Shown piece after piece: positions 22,668 through 34,768 of a stretch of DNA of 64,000 nucleotides. Position 1 is the stretch's first letter, and each line of letters opens with the position of its first letter. The stretch comes from Paraphysomonas bandaiensis (Eukaryota; Protista; Chrysophyceae). The notes below the pieces were generated by a model, which saw nothing but the letters and a program-made list of their open reading frames with translations, was not told the origin of the DNA and made no database searches. Position numbers and translations under genes: made by a program. The stretch lies in contig CBFFRP010000263.1 of assembly GCA_965644295.1 (NCBI GenBank), forward strand, positions 310,001 to 374,000. Reading direction: 5' to 3'.

Positions 22668-23654
22668 TGGCATATGCATCACAGCAACAATTCAAACACA
22701 GTGAGCAAGCAGAATGTTGATATACCTGACATCTGCCGACTTCAGAAAATATGTATTACATCTGAATGTGCGTAGTGTAAGTCAATATTATAGCAGATAA
22801 TATGAAATCTAACAAGTGAATAACACTGAAATTATCTCCTGTCTCACTTTCCATTTCTATTTTATTGTGTTTTGTATTGGTGCTATTGATGAATCATTAC
22901 TGTATTCTTTAGTAGTGTAAGTTATATAGTACTCTGAAAAGAGGTAATACTTGTAAATAGCTCAGTTGACTGTCAGTAAATGCAACTCGCTTAATTGAAT
23001 AGTAAATGTAGTTCACACAATAGAATAGAGCTGTGAAAATATCAAGCCATAGCTACACTGCACTACATGTTTACGAGAAACGAGAGACTCTTATGAGAAG
23101 CGCCGTATAGTTCATATCAATACTGCTGTAGGTCCTTGACAAAATCTTGGGGCGTCCTACATGAGCAGCCGAGATGGTGGGGGGAATGGCCGGGTGGATG
23201 AATTTAAGCAGAATTGTAGCACTATTTGTATTGCGAGCAAAGCAACAACAAACAACACCAACTGCTTTGGACTTGAACCACACACACGCACAATATGTCC
23301 CTTTCTTATTGTAATGAAAAAATTGGAATTTTGCGATAGACAACTATTGAAAACCTTGAATTTTAGGGAAAAACGGGAGTTTAACTCATCCACTCTCTAT
23401 GTTATACACAGTATATTCCGGTACCAAATCAGTTTTTTGGGATATGATAAAAACATCTGCTATGTATAAAAAGTGTATGGTGTCAGAAGTGGAAGTGAAA
23501 GTGAAGTGGCTGAAGTGAGTGTATATTCCAAGAACACTTTGAAGTGATTGGACATATATATATATATGTATGTATGTATTCTACGAGAGATACACATATA
23601 GTTCACAAGTATCTCGAACAGTGATCTGTTTGTATAAACATCTTGTTATAATAA

Positions 23655-25678
23655 ATGGGAGATAGAGGTGGGGGTAGAGAACCAAAAGGTATGTCTTCAT
23701 TGTATTGATCATGTGAATATACTCATATTGTATATACAGGTGCTTCATTAAAGAAATCAAAGGCATGAGACACATTACTACTGTATACATACATTAACTT
23801 TCATATCTTTAGAAAAATCCTGGATCCAAAGTAGCCAAAGCAAAAACTCAACCAAAAAATCAAGATTCTCATCGTACGAAAGTGTCTAGTTTACCAGTAC
23901 CATTGTCATCAAATGGACCGTACTTTGATTGCTCTTGTGCACTCTTATCGAGACAATTTGATCGTGATCGCGAACGTGTTATCTCTCGAGCATTAAATGA
24001 AGGCGTTAGTGGTATGATAATATGGTTTTCTGACGTTGAAAAGCAACAAGCAGTAATTGATGCTTGCAAACCTTATCGGGGAAAATGTTACAGTATCATA
24101 GGCATCAGTCCTGACAATATTGACAAAACAAACAAGAAATTACACACGGATTGGCTAGCGAAAGTAGAAGAACTCTCTCAACGCCCAGAATGTGTTGGTA
24201 TTTTATCTGGATTGAATCTCTGTCGGGAGATGGGAACTCATTTTGCACAGGAATCAGTATTACGGTCGTGCCTGTCACTGGCCACCACAGCCGAGATACC
24301 TTTAGTGTTGCACATCGCCTCAGACGGAAACAGCTTGGATCGATCTCTTGATATTATTCTGGAGCACAAACAGAGTTTGTCTGAGTGCTCTGAAGCAGAT
24401 ATGGGAACAGGTAGTGGTGATAATAATAACAAGATACCGGCGATCGTACTGCACGATGCAATCACCGTGTGTGCGGGAGACAGGACGAGGATGGATCGAG
24501 TGGTAGCAGCTGGGCTGTTCTGCTCTGTGTCGGGTGCAGGCATCACAGAGCAAGACGATGCCAATCTGCGAACGAACGCACAGAGTTGTTTGGGCGCAGT
24601 GCCTTTGTCTTCTCTTATGGTGTGCACAGATAGTCCGTGGAAGACCCCACAAAATATTGCAGATGTCTACCTGCGCACACTGCGCAATGAGCCCAGTAAT
24701 ATCGCGGATGTGGTGCGTGGAATATGTGAGGCTCGTGCGTCACAGCAGAGCAGTGAGGATCAGGAAAGCGCAGAGACTGTGGCAGCGACACTGAAAGAAA
24801 ATGCACTCAGAGTGTTTCGTATTGGTGTCAGCGAGACGCAATGTGGGACAGAGGATAGTAGAGCGGAGGAGTCAGAAATGAAAATGACAACTGATGCTGA
24901 AAAGAAGAAACCGTCCTCTACTCTCGATCGTGGACAGACTGCTCTTGAGAAGTCCCAAAGAATTCGAGGAAATGATCCCGCGTCGCTCGATGTGGCACAC
25001 TACTATAGCTGTGCAAAGTGTCGGCAAAAACTGTTCGATCAAACCACTGTGATGTCGCACCGTTTAACTGACGCCAAGTCGAGTGTTTTTCGAGTAGGCG
25101 AGGAGGGACTGTGCAGTGCGTGTGTGTTCGTTCACCCTCCTTCAGCCTCGTCGCCACAGTCGGAGACATTGTCGCTGCAGGGAGAGACCGTGCAGTGTTC
25201 CTCCTGTCGCAGGAAGCTAGGTCGACTCTGCGTCCAAGAGGGTATATGTGCATGCGGCGTGACTGTACCAGGTCCCATTCTTCGACTTAACGCTGCGAAA
25301 ATGGATTGCACATACTCAACCCTGCAGACAGCTGCACTTGTGGAACACGCCAAGGTGGAGGCAGGACAGCTGGAGGACGAGGATTTGCTGGCTGAGGGAA
25401 TGATCGGAAAATCCGCGAAACAGAAACGGAAGAAGAAGGCGAAGCTGGTATCGAATAATAAAGGCAACTTCTCTTCCTTCCGCAATAAATCGTTTGTCCC
25501 AAATGCGTCTCGGGTGAGGAAGAGTGCTGGCGCTGAACAGAATCATGACAACGAAGACAGTGATGATAACAGCGAAAAAGATAATAACGAATACAGTGAA
25601 AATAATAGCGGCACCGACGACGACGAAGATGATGTTCAGGTACTGACTCTGTTGAGAGAGAGCAGATTGTCGGCTTGA
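23655..25678 (+). CDS. TatD-family nuclease-like domain fused to a YVH1/DUSP12-type C-terminal zinc-binding domain, with a basic and acidic tail; predicted exons 23655-23688, 23740-23762, 23813-25678
   Basis: TatD motifs DRDRERVISRA, QESVL, PLVLH, TDSPW, RNEP. YSCAKCRQKLF..H..C...QCSSCRRKLG...CACG..P...KMD matches the DUSP12/Yvh1 zinc domain. The 5' exons are inferred from splice signals. Confidence 0.8.
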
Positions 25679-27105
25679 ATGCGTACTTCACGCTTACTTG
25701 AATCTGTCATGCTCATAGTCATTTGGTCATCTGAGCTAGCACATATCGAGTTCATAGTCGGTTGGTTAGGTAGTGAATTGTTGAAGATCATTAGTTGATA
25801 CACTTCTACGAGACGAAGGTAGAGTACGGATTATGTGGTATTAGGAGGTCCCGCGTTGAACTACTGATGAAAATTGATGAGCATATTAAATAGTATAGAG
25901 TTGTAAAAATTAATTATTTGTACTTTATATATATGTGATTAGTTTGTTCTATGTATTCCACTAATATAGCGTTGATATCGCCTATACATCATTCTCTATT
26001 CTGTATGTACAGGTCAACAGGCCACAACGTAGTTACACACTGCGGTCATTTTGGTATGAATTATGGAATATTTCCAAAATAGTGCCATCAACATCAATAC
26101 TAAAATCACATCGAGCTATGCAATTTACTAATATTTATCATTACGAAGTTCTTTGTGGTTGAGGTAGCTACTAATAATATTGCGTGCAAGCCAGGCGAGT
26201 TTGTTGTGTTAACTGGTGAAATGAGCTCTTAGAAGGAAGGGCTAATTTAGATACAAAGCAAAGTATGCACCACTCGAGGGTGTATCCTATATCCTATTAT
26301 AATGTTGGTTGCGATGATTAAAATAAGAACTACAAACATCTGTACTTCCAGGCGAAACCTTTTGTGTGATACAAAATAACCCAACCTAAGCTAGCACAAC
26401 ATTGTCATGACATTGTGAGAAACTCCGTGCACTCTTTGTCAAATGATGGTAAATTGACATAGTTCTTGTTCGCTAGTAAGTAAGTATCTAGTCAAGTGCC
26501 CAGGGAGAGATTATGCTAATGCCGTGCTAGGTCTACACAAGTGGGTCATCATGTGTCCTTACGAGAACCCTGTAAATTCACTGTTAAGAGAAGTAAAGAG
26601 TTAACACAGGGTAGAAACGGTAGGGCGACTGGTGCTTACAGAGTTTGCAGGTGTGTTTCAATATTCAGTAGTCACGTTGCTACATAGATGTGTAGCGTTA
26701 TATGGCTGTGTTGCTTGGCGAATGTACTGGCGGGCTTTATGCTCGGGCCACACTGTTGAAATAAGGAAAGATTGTACTGTAAACATTATTTAACAAATAT
26801 TGATAGATTTCGTTGAAGCGTGCATTACCTTGATATAGATTTATTATATAACGAAATAGTACCAAAGTGAGATTGTAAACGTAAACTATTTGTATTAAAC
26901 GCACAAAAGTGCAAATAATTACGACTTCGTAACGGTGTAAAGTCAAACAATTTCAGAGGGTGAAACGTATATCTTAATGTTGTATTACAATTACAAAGTT
27001 ATCAATTAATAGAAGGGGAAACAAAATTATATCAAATATACACTAATCCTGCTTCCAAGTAGCATATGCAATAATGGAAGAAAGATGACAGTGAGATAGT
27101 CGCTA

Positions 27106-27446
27106 CTAATGCGTAGTATCATTTGAAAACATATCCATGCCGTAGTCATTCCACATACACTCACTTCCATTGTCTGAAACATCGTCATCAATCTGATAAA
27201 CATTTCAAATCAAATAACATAAATAAGCTGTTATTATCAATACTGATACCTCTTCCCCATGATTATCTACTGTAAACTCAGTATCTTTCGGAATATCAAT
27301 ATCTGTAATATGTTATAAATTAGTCTCTCTAACTGTATATAGTTATACCAACCGTCATCACTGAGTGTATCTTCAGCCCAACTAGCATCTATTATCTCTA
27401 CAGGCACCCATTCTCTAGATAAATCAGTGTATCGTACGTCAGACAT
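27106..27446 (-). CDS. ANAPC13: Anaphase-promoting complex subunit 13 (Apc13)-like small protein, 3 exons
   Basis: Spliced translation MSDVRYTDLSREWVPVEIIDASWAEDTLSDD|DIDIPKD...EE|IDDDVSDNGSECMWNDYGMDMF. IDxxWxEDxL..DIxIP and the C-terminal WxDxG pattern fit Apc13. Absent from the ORF track. Confidence 0.7.
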
Positions 27447-28417
27447 GAGAATTTAATGATTTTAGTAATTTGTTATTCGTGGTTAGTTGTTGTTCTCTGT
27501 GTTTAAATTAGTGGAAGTATGTACCTCTCTCTCCATACTAATCGTTCATACTGCTGTGTAGCCTGGTTTCGATACTCACATACTGTGTGTACATAATAGC
27601 AGTGTACCATGTACTGTATATAGGTACATGTATAGTGTAGAGTATACACATAAACTGCTGTTTTTTTTAAACATGATGTATACAGCAGTATACAGTATAC
27701 AGCAGTATATATCACGTATATTGTACACCATGCCACAGTGTACCATTGTGCTCATTTTGCTCTGTGGGCAGAGTGTACAAGACAGACCAGCATCTTGTAG
27801 ATAGAGATAGAGATACCCAGATACCTCTCATATCTACATGATTTATGCATCACATGACGGTGCCAATATCACTTGCCCTAATCTTGTCATCTTAGATGAC
27901 CCACAAGACAGACTGTGAGAAGTGTATGCAGTAGTTAGAGGGATATATAGACAGCTGCGAGTTAGAACCTGAATAAGCTGAGCAGAGTGACTCTATAGTG
28001 TATACGGTACACTGTAATGATTGTGAATCGCCGAAGGAGATGTAATTAGATGGATATGTGCACCGAATGTCTATTCTAATCAGATTTTTGCAAAAAGCTT
28101 ACATGTCCAACATAAACTCAAACATGTATAACAGCATTAATAACATCAAGTATATTAATATTATTAATCACCGGGAAATTCTGTAGGATCTAATCGGAAT
28201 GGAGCATTGATCCATGTGTCGTCAACAAATGATACATTAAGTGATGTAATTATTGTTGATTCTTCTGCTCTCGGTTATATGTATTTTGTATAATAATTGG
28301 AAATAAATAGAAAAACTATCAACCGATTTCAGAATACGAGAAATGCTAGCTAAACAGTTTCATCTCAACAATACGCAACAACACGTGGCTGATCTCATAC
28401 TGTAATTAATTTTGTAC

Positions 28418-31400
28418 TCAGTAGTGTCCCTTCTGAATTTGTGTTACCATATCCTCCATAAGTCTCTTTGCTGACCCAGATATAACATCTATTGCAGTCA
28501 ATCCTTGTGCATTATCGCGGTATATGTCAGCACCATTCTAAAGAGATGAAAAATACTTTACTAGATATAAAGGCATGGAAAGAATTACCAGTAAAAGAAA
28601 TCCGAAGACGTTTGGCTTCGCTCGCGAAGCCGCCAAATGTAATGGTGTATCGCCAGACTCATTCACACAATTGACTTGGGCTTTCAATGACATACTATAC
28701 ATGACCTACAGACCTTATACATTACGCCCAAACGCAAGCACTGACGAACATATGAACCTACCTTTGGTACACTTCCCTCTCCCACAGCGTTGAATATAGT
28801 CTGATAACACAAATAATAATATCACGAATATAGGAGACGTTAACGCACCTCAATCAATTCTTGATCAGAAGTCACTCGAACTTCATCGACAAAAGCGTAC
28901 CAACGATATTTCGCGAGTATCCACTTCGATCTATCTTCAGGAGACGATCCCTGTAAAAATGTATCCCATTTATTTCAGGTAAACAAACAACTATATACGT
29001 ATGACGCGCAATCAGTACATACACATGACCTTTGACGGCTTCGTCCATCCAGCTGGAACATTTTTTTCCCATATGGAATTAACAACATCGTTTCCAAGTT
29101 CATAGTGAATAATTTTCATCTGCCCCAAAATAAGTGTGGCGTAGCATTCAATAAAGTATAGCAGCCTACCTGCCACTCAGAAAACTCGTCCAGTTCTATA
29201 CTTTTCAGTTTCGAAATCGCCCATGATAATTGTCTGTCTCAGATATGGATTTAAATAACCTTTTTCATACACTAAAAATATGCTACGACCTGTGTACGGC
29301 TGCACACTGTTGGCAGAGAGTGATCCCAAGACTTGTGGATAACCACCTATATAGTAAATATTACTTTCTAAATTGCATAATGTCAAAACAATTAGTACGT
29401 TACAGGTCCAGAATTGCATTCTGCGCAGGTTCTATTGGCTGTCACAAACTCTCGCAGGAGTTTCTTGCCAGGTCCATCTTGAGGAGACTCTGGAGGAAGC
29501 AAGAGCGGAACTTCTCCTTCGCCAATATTATCATCGGTAGAGCTTTCTAACATCTGTCTTCTTCCCACAGCTGTGGTGTGTCTGCCTGGAGCACTCACAG
29601 AGCAGCGGCGGATCGCGGTTATCCACAATACCATTTCATCTTCACTCTCCGCCTGTCGTCCACCGATCTCAGTCACACTGCAGATTGATCAACACATACA
29701 CATAAGTTACCTGAAATTCAAGCCGAGTGCCATCACTGGTACCGATAATAAATGTGTACGGCTGATCACCAGGTTTAACGGTCACTGAACAGTCTTTGAT
29801 ATCACATACGGGTTCCATGGAACATGATGGTTGCCCAGCAGCGATATCAGTTAGGTAGAGGGTCGTCGCGTATAACCTGTGCCATTTTCTAGAATATAAT
29901 GTGACATTAGATACAGATCATTAAGAAAGACTTTGTACCTTTTCTTGGTGCCAAAGTATCCAGTTTTTACGCATAAGTAGCCTTGTTTAAATACTGTATG
30001 CATAAGGTTATAACAGAAAAATTAGTGTAGCACCCGAGACAATAGGATACCTCCTTCGTCAGCAGCATGACGGACGTCATTAAAAGTAGCCTTGCGTGTG
30101 CTACTAGAGAGAACTTCTGTAGAGATGGTAGCAGAATACACCGGCATTCCCTATCACGTACTTTAGTTCAGAACACAAAACCATGCACCAGGTCATACGA
30201 CAGGAACAATCAACAATTCAGCACGCCGACGCAAAGGTATAACAGGAAGTAAAGCGAATATCACACAAAACTACTCTATCATAGCAGCGCTGCACGATTG
30301 TAATGTGGTAATATAGAATACCTGGTGTGTCCGCGGCTGTATTGGCGACAAAGCGCCAGGAGGTGACCCCGGAGCAGGCATAGCCCCCATTAGTTCGCCC
30401 TGTAGCCTAGCTCGAACACGCCCCCACAGCATATCCTAAAGCACGTATTTAATTAAAAAATACAAAAATACGATCACAACGAAAGCGACGAATCAAGTCA
30501 CAAATAGGCTGTGCACTTGATAGTATAAAGTGGTTTTGGGCAACAGTACCAAATAAACCCTACTCCTAATCACACCTGCGAGTTTAAGTCTACAGCCGCT
30601 GCAGGAAGCGCTTCTTCAATCGGACCTAATACAACACGTTTCTCTTCAATAATACTCCGACCTGCTGTGAAGAAATTGTCCATAGTATTTATTACAGCGC
30701 ACGCCACCTGGACACGATAAAAAAATGAACTCAGACATAACTTGTTTACAATAATATATAACACTATATGAAGCACACAAGTCTCACACGGAAAACAAAC
30801 CCGACATTTCAATAACTTCTACCTTGGTCAAGATATACTTTTTCTTGCAATTCTCCCTATTCAATCTAGCTACGAGGTCGAATCTTGTCAGCTCACATTG
30901 TACGCGTAGCTCGCACATCTCATTCACTTTCTCTGCTGACGGTGGAGTACGACTTGAAAGTGTACCAATAAGCTTCGACTCAAACGTATCATAAAGCCTT
31001 TCCATATTTTTCTTCGAGGATTCTTCGGAAGTAATAGGATCCGTCAAATCGTTCACCAAGACACTTAACTCTCTTCTTAACGATTGTCTGAAATTGTCAA
31101 GGTTGTTATTGGAAGCCTCAAATGCATCTGCAACCTCATGTAGTGTATTCGTTAGCAGTCCCAGTTTGGGGAAGGCATTTGTGAATAAGCAGCGACTATA
31201 TCCTCCTTCTCTTCCGGTGAGTCTAGTTGCTAGCTTCGTTTGAGCTTTCTGTAAGGTGACAATGGCAGAGTCAACTTCCGAGAGGGCTGACATTATCCTA
31301 TATCAATAATTGTGCTAAGTTAATATATCTGAGTAAACTAAATTGAAATTTCATTTAGAAATCAAATCCATAAGTGAAATTAAGCTTCAATAGTAACATA

Positions 31401-31662
31401 ATACCATCCACTGTGAGGCACTCATACATCAGTCACAGCCTTACCCTTGTGTGTATCCCGATAGTCCAATACAACTTTCTTCAAAAGCATTTAATTGTTG
31501 TCTAAATAAAGGAGAATCTCGAATATATTCCAATGCTATATCGTATAATTGTATTGTAAAGGGTTAGATAAGGCTGTATACAGGAATGGATCTATTACCA
31601 AGATTTTCACCCAATTTCTCACATACTTCTCCATCACTTAATCTTTGTGAACTTAAAAACAT
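28418..31662 (-). CDS. Multi-exon BAR-PH-ArfGAP-ankyrin protein (ACAP/centaurin-beta/AGD-type ArfGAP)
   Basis: DSPLFRQQL BAR start, BAR helices (30823-31293), PH end QAESEDEMVLWITAIR, ArfGAP NRTCAECNS and DRSKWILAKY, ankyrin SGDTPLHLAA...NGADI. Stop TGA at 28418-28420. Confidence 0.85.
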
Positions 31663-32039
31663 ATTGTAAATAGATTAGATTATAAGTATAAAGGTGTTTA
31701 GAGTGTTCACACCACTGAGATGTTAATATGTAGATGTGTTAGTGGGATAATGTGATCTGATTATGTACGGGCTACATTATCATTTGTATATGATGATATG
31801 AGGATTTTAACCGGATGGAATGACGGGAGGATATGTATGATCTACGTATCATACGATACATACTCCTCCTGCTGTACATCTACACACCACCATATATATA
31901 TATGCATACCCACTGCACTGCTCTCTATATATACGTCTCGGCATCCTTTGTATATTTTTGTTCAAAGATGCCTCTAATATTGAGACAACAACTATGTGTA
32001 TTCCAGCCGTATTTATACTGCAGTTATATAGAGAGTTTA

Positions 32040-34550
32040 TTTGCTTCATTTTATTACCGAAAAATATCCCACTTTTACGAATATTTGGATCACCGTATAA
32101 CGGCCTTGCCGAACAAAAAATGTTCGGAAAATCGGTTTATCTCCACCGTATAATTATGATATCTAGAATATCTCGATTTTACGAACACATTATTGTTCGG
32201 CATTTTTTTACCGTTTGGCCACTATCGCCATTCAAACCATACAACACCAATGCCCATAAACTGCAAGAACAAAGAACTTAGAACAAACAAAGAACTTAGA
32301 ACAAACCAAGCACAATGGATATTATTAGAGAGCAAAGTGAGTTCAGAGATGAGATTGCACAGCAAACCAAGCAGATGCGGTTAACGGATAGCACCCGCAG
32401 GCAATATGCAGACAGGGTCAGGGCCTTTGCACATTGGCTTGATGAGCATTACCCCGCCTGCGTGGAAAGAGACAACGGTGACAAGCTCACACCAATACTA
32501 CCGATACCTGACGTAGTCATGGAAAAGTACATGGCTCATGTGCTTCTTAAAATAGACAGCCGCACTGGTCTGTACTATGACCCTCCACAATATTACTCGT
32601 TTGCACACGTTAATGGACATCGAAGTGCTCTTAAGAATATGTACACGGAAAAGCGAATGAACCCTTCACCGGAAATAGAGAGTATGTTTAAGGAAACTCT
32701 CGAGGGATTCAAGAGGAAGGTTGCTGACCTTAAGCAGCGTGGCTTATTACCTTCACGAGAAGGCAAGGCTGCAATGACCATGAAAGGGTACATATTTCTT
32801 GCAGAGAAAGCAGCTAAACAGGACCATGACTTTGGACTGTATACATTTTGTTTGTCCTATTTATTGCTATGCTGGAATTTGATAGCAAGATCTGTAACAG
32901 TTGCACATATAATGTACGATCATATATCTTGGGAGGAGGATGCACTGACCATTAATATTGGCAAACAGAAGAATGATCAGGAGGGAAGCAAAAGGTGTTG
33001 CAACGGCATTAGCTAATTGCCCTGGTGGACCCAGTGCCATAAATATATGGTTGCGAGCTGGATGGAGTTTAGGACCCGTTCAGAGTCGATACATATTTGA
33101 AGGAGCAGGTGGAGATCAATTTGTTGGCAGGGCAGCTACAGGTATATCAAGCAGTGATCCCGACTTTGCTATTCTTCCACCTCATTTCGATGACACTAAT
33201 GGCCCGGTTCTATCCGTTGAAGAATGGGAAGACATACTGCCTGGCTTCACATCATTCTATCCTGAGAATTTTAGAGTGGCTTTGCCTTATCTTCTTGCTT
33301 CGCTGGCATATCATCATGACTGGCTATTAGAAACTCTTTCACCAAATCATCCTCTGTTTCTTCAAAGAGTTTGGACAAGTGGTATACTACAACGTCTACG
33401 ACCGAAAGTATTAACTGGTGTGTTTCGAAATGATGTGTCAAGAATGAATGCTACTGGTGTTCCACCCAATGTGATTCTAGCTAATCGTATGTCGTCGCTG
33501 GAAGCAAATGTCGGGAACTTATCTAGAGATATGCGAGGAATGCAAACGACATTACCGGAAGCATTGTGTACGAGAATGCTTGATAAGTTTACAGTTAATG
33601 GCGCGGTGCCAATAACTAGTACCGACATCGATAGTCTACGTGAAACACTTTTAGAAGAAATCAGAACAAGATGTACTCCACATAATGTGGAGCAAATATC
33701 TACACAAGAAGAGCAATCCACATCACAAGAGAAGCCTGGATTTTACACATGGGGAGGGCACCATCATTTGTTTCCAGAGGGCTTTCGTTTTCCAAAAGGT
33801 AACATAAAAATGCTGTGGGATCTGTGGTGGGGGGGAGAACCTCAGAGACATATATTACCCTACAGAAAAATCAAAGGCTTCGATTTATCCCGAACTGACC
33901 GGGTAAACTGGAGTAAATGTACCTGCATCATGAACGCACTAGTCTCCAAGGGCATAGAGATGAACGAGATCGGAGCAGTAGAGGATATTAGTAGCCTACT
34001 ACCACGACAAAGAGATGCGTTATTCAGCAAAGTGTTTATACCTTTCTGTATGAACATATTCGCGGTTGCTAATCCCGTTCTTCTCGATGATATAGGCATC
34101 GGAAAAATGTCATATACGACATTCTACGATTACATGAAGGGCCGCAAGAGAAATAAACGTAGACGGAATGAAATGGAGCAAACGGAAGAAGATAATTGAC
34201 TGGTACATGTCTCTGTTTGTGTCGTATATACGTGAGGGGGTCTGTGAGACTATTAACAGTCACCTTCACGTATATACATGAACAGACATCGCATCAATGG
34301 AGGGGTTGATGAGAATATGACGCTCAAGTAGATAGCTATCGGCTTCTGGTGTAGATATCATCTTGTTTCATGGCACTACTGACAGTTTAAAGTAACATAT
34401 AAAGATGAACGTTAGATGACATACACATACAACACCATTCTACAACAGTACTCTACCACAATTATACAACAGTATACAGCAGTAATACTACATAATACCG
34501 TTCTGTTCGTATACTGTTCGTAAAAGCGGACCTTCTATAAATAAGATGCT
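32040..34550 (+). mobile_element. Crypton (tyrosine-recombinase) DNA transposon, internally deleted and frameshifted; ORFs 32315-33016 and 32958-34199
   Basis: Crypton-type motifs LCWNLIARS, KQKNDQEG, KGVAT...PGGPS...LRAGWSLG.VQSRYI..G.GGDQFVGRAA and a C-terminal GCR1-like domain (LWDLWW..LPYRKI). Subterminal inverted motif CTTTTACGAA/TTCGTAAAAG at about 32072 and 34517. Boundaries approximate. Confidence 0.85.
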
Positions 34551-34768
34551 GACTGCCGATACGTATGCTCCCCCTAATATACTGTACATACAGCAGTATA
34601 TACGTATAAGTGTGGCTCTACATAACATGGATATGATTATTTGATTCCTCCCTCTAGTAAACATGCTTCATAACCACACCATATGCCATAGATCTTAATC
34701 ATATAATGTTACCGGTACATTACATGTAATAGCAGTATATAAACATCTGCTAAATTCATAATCCGGTA

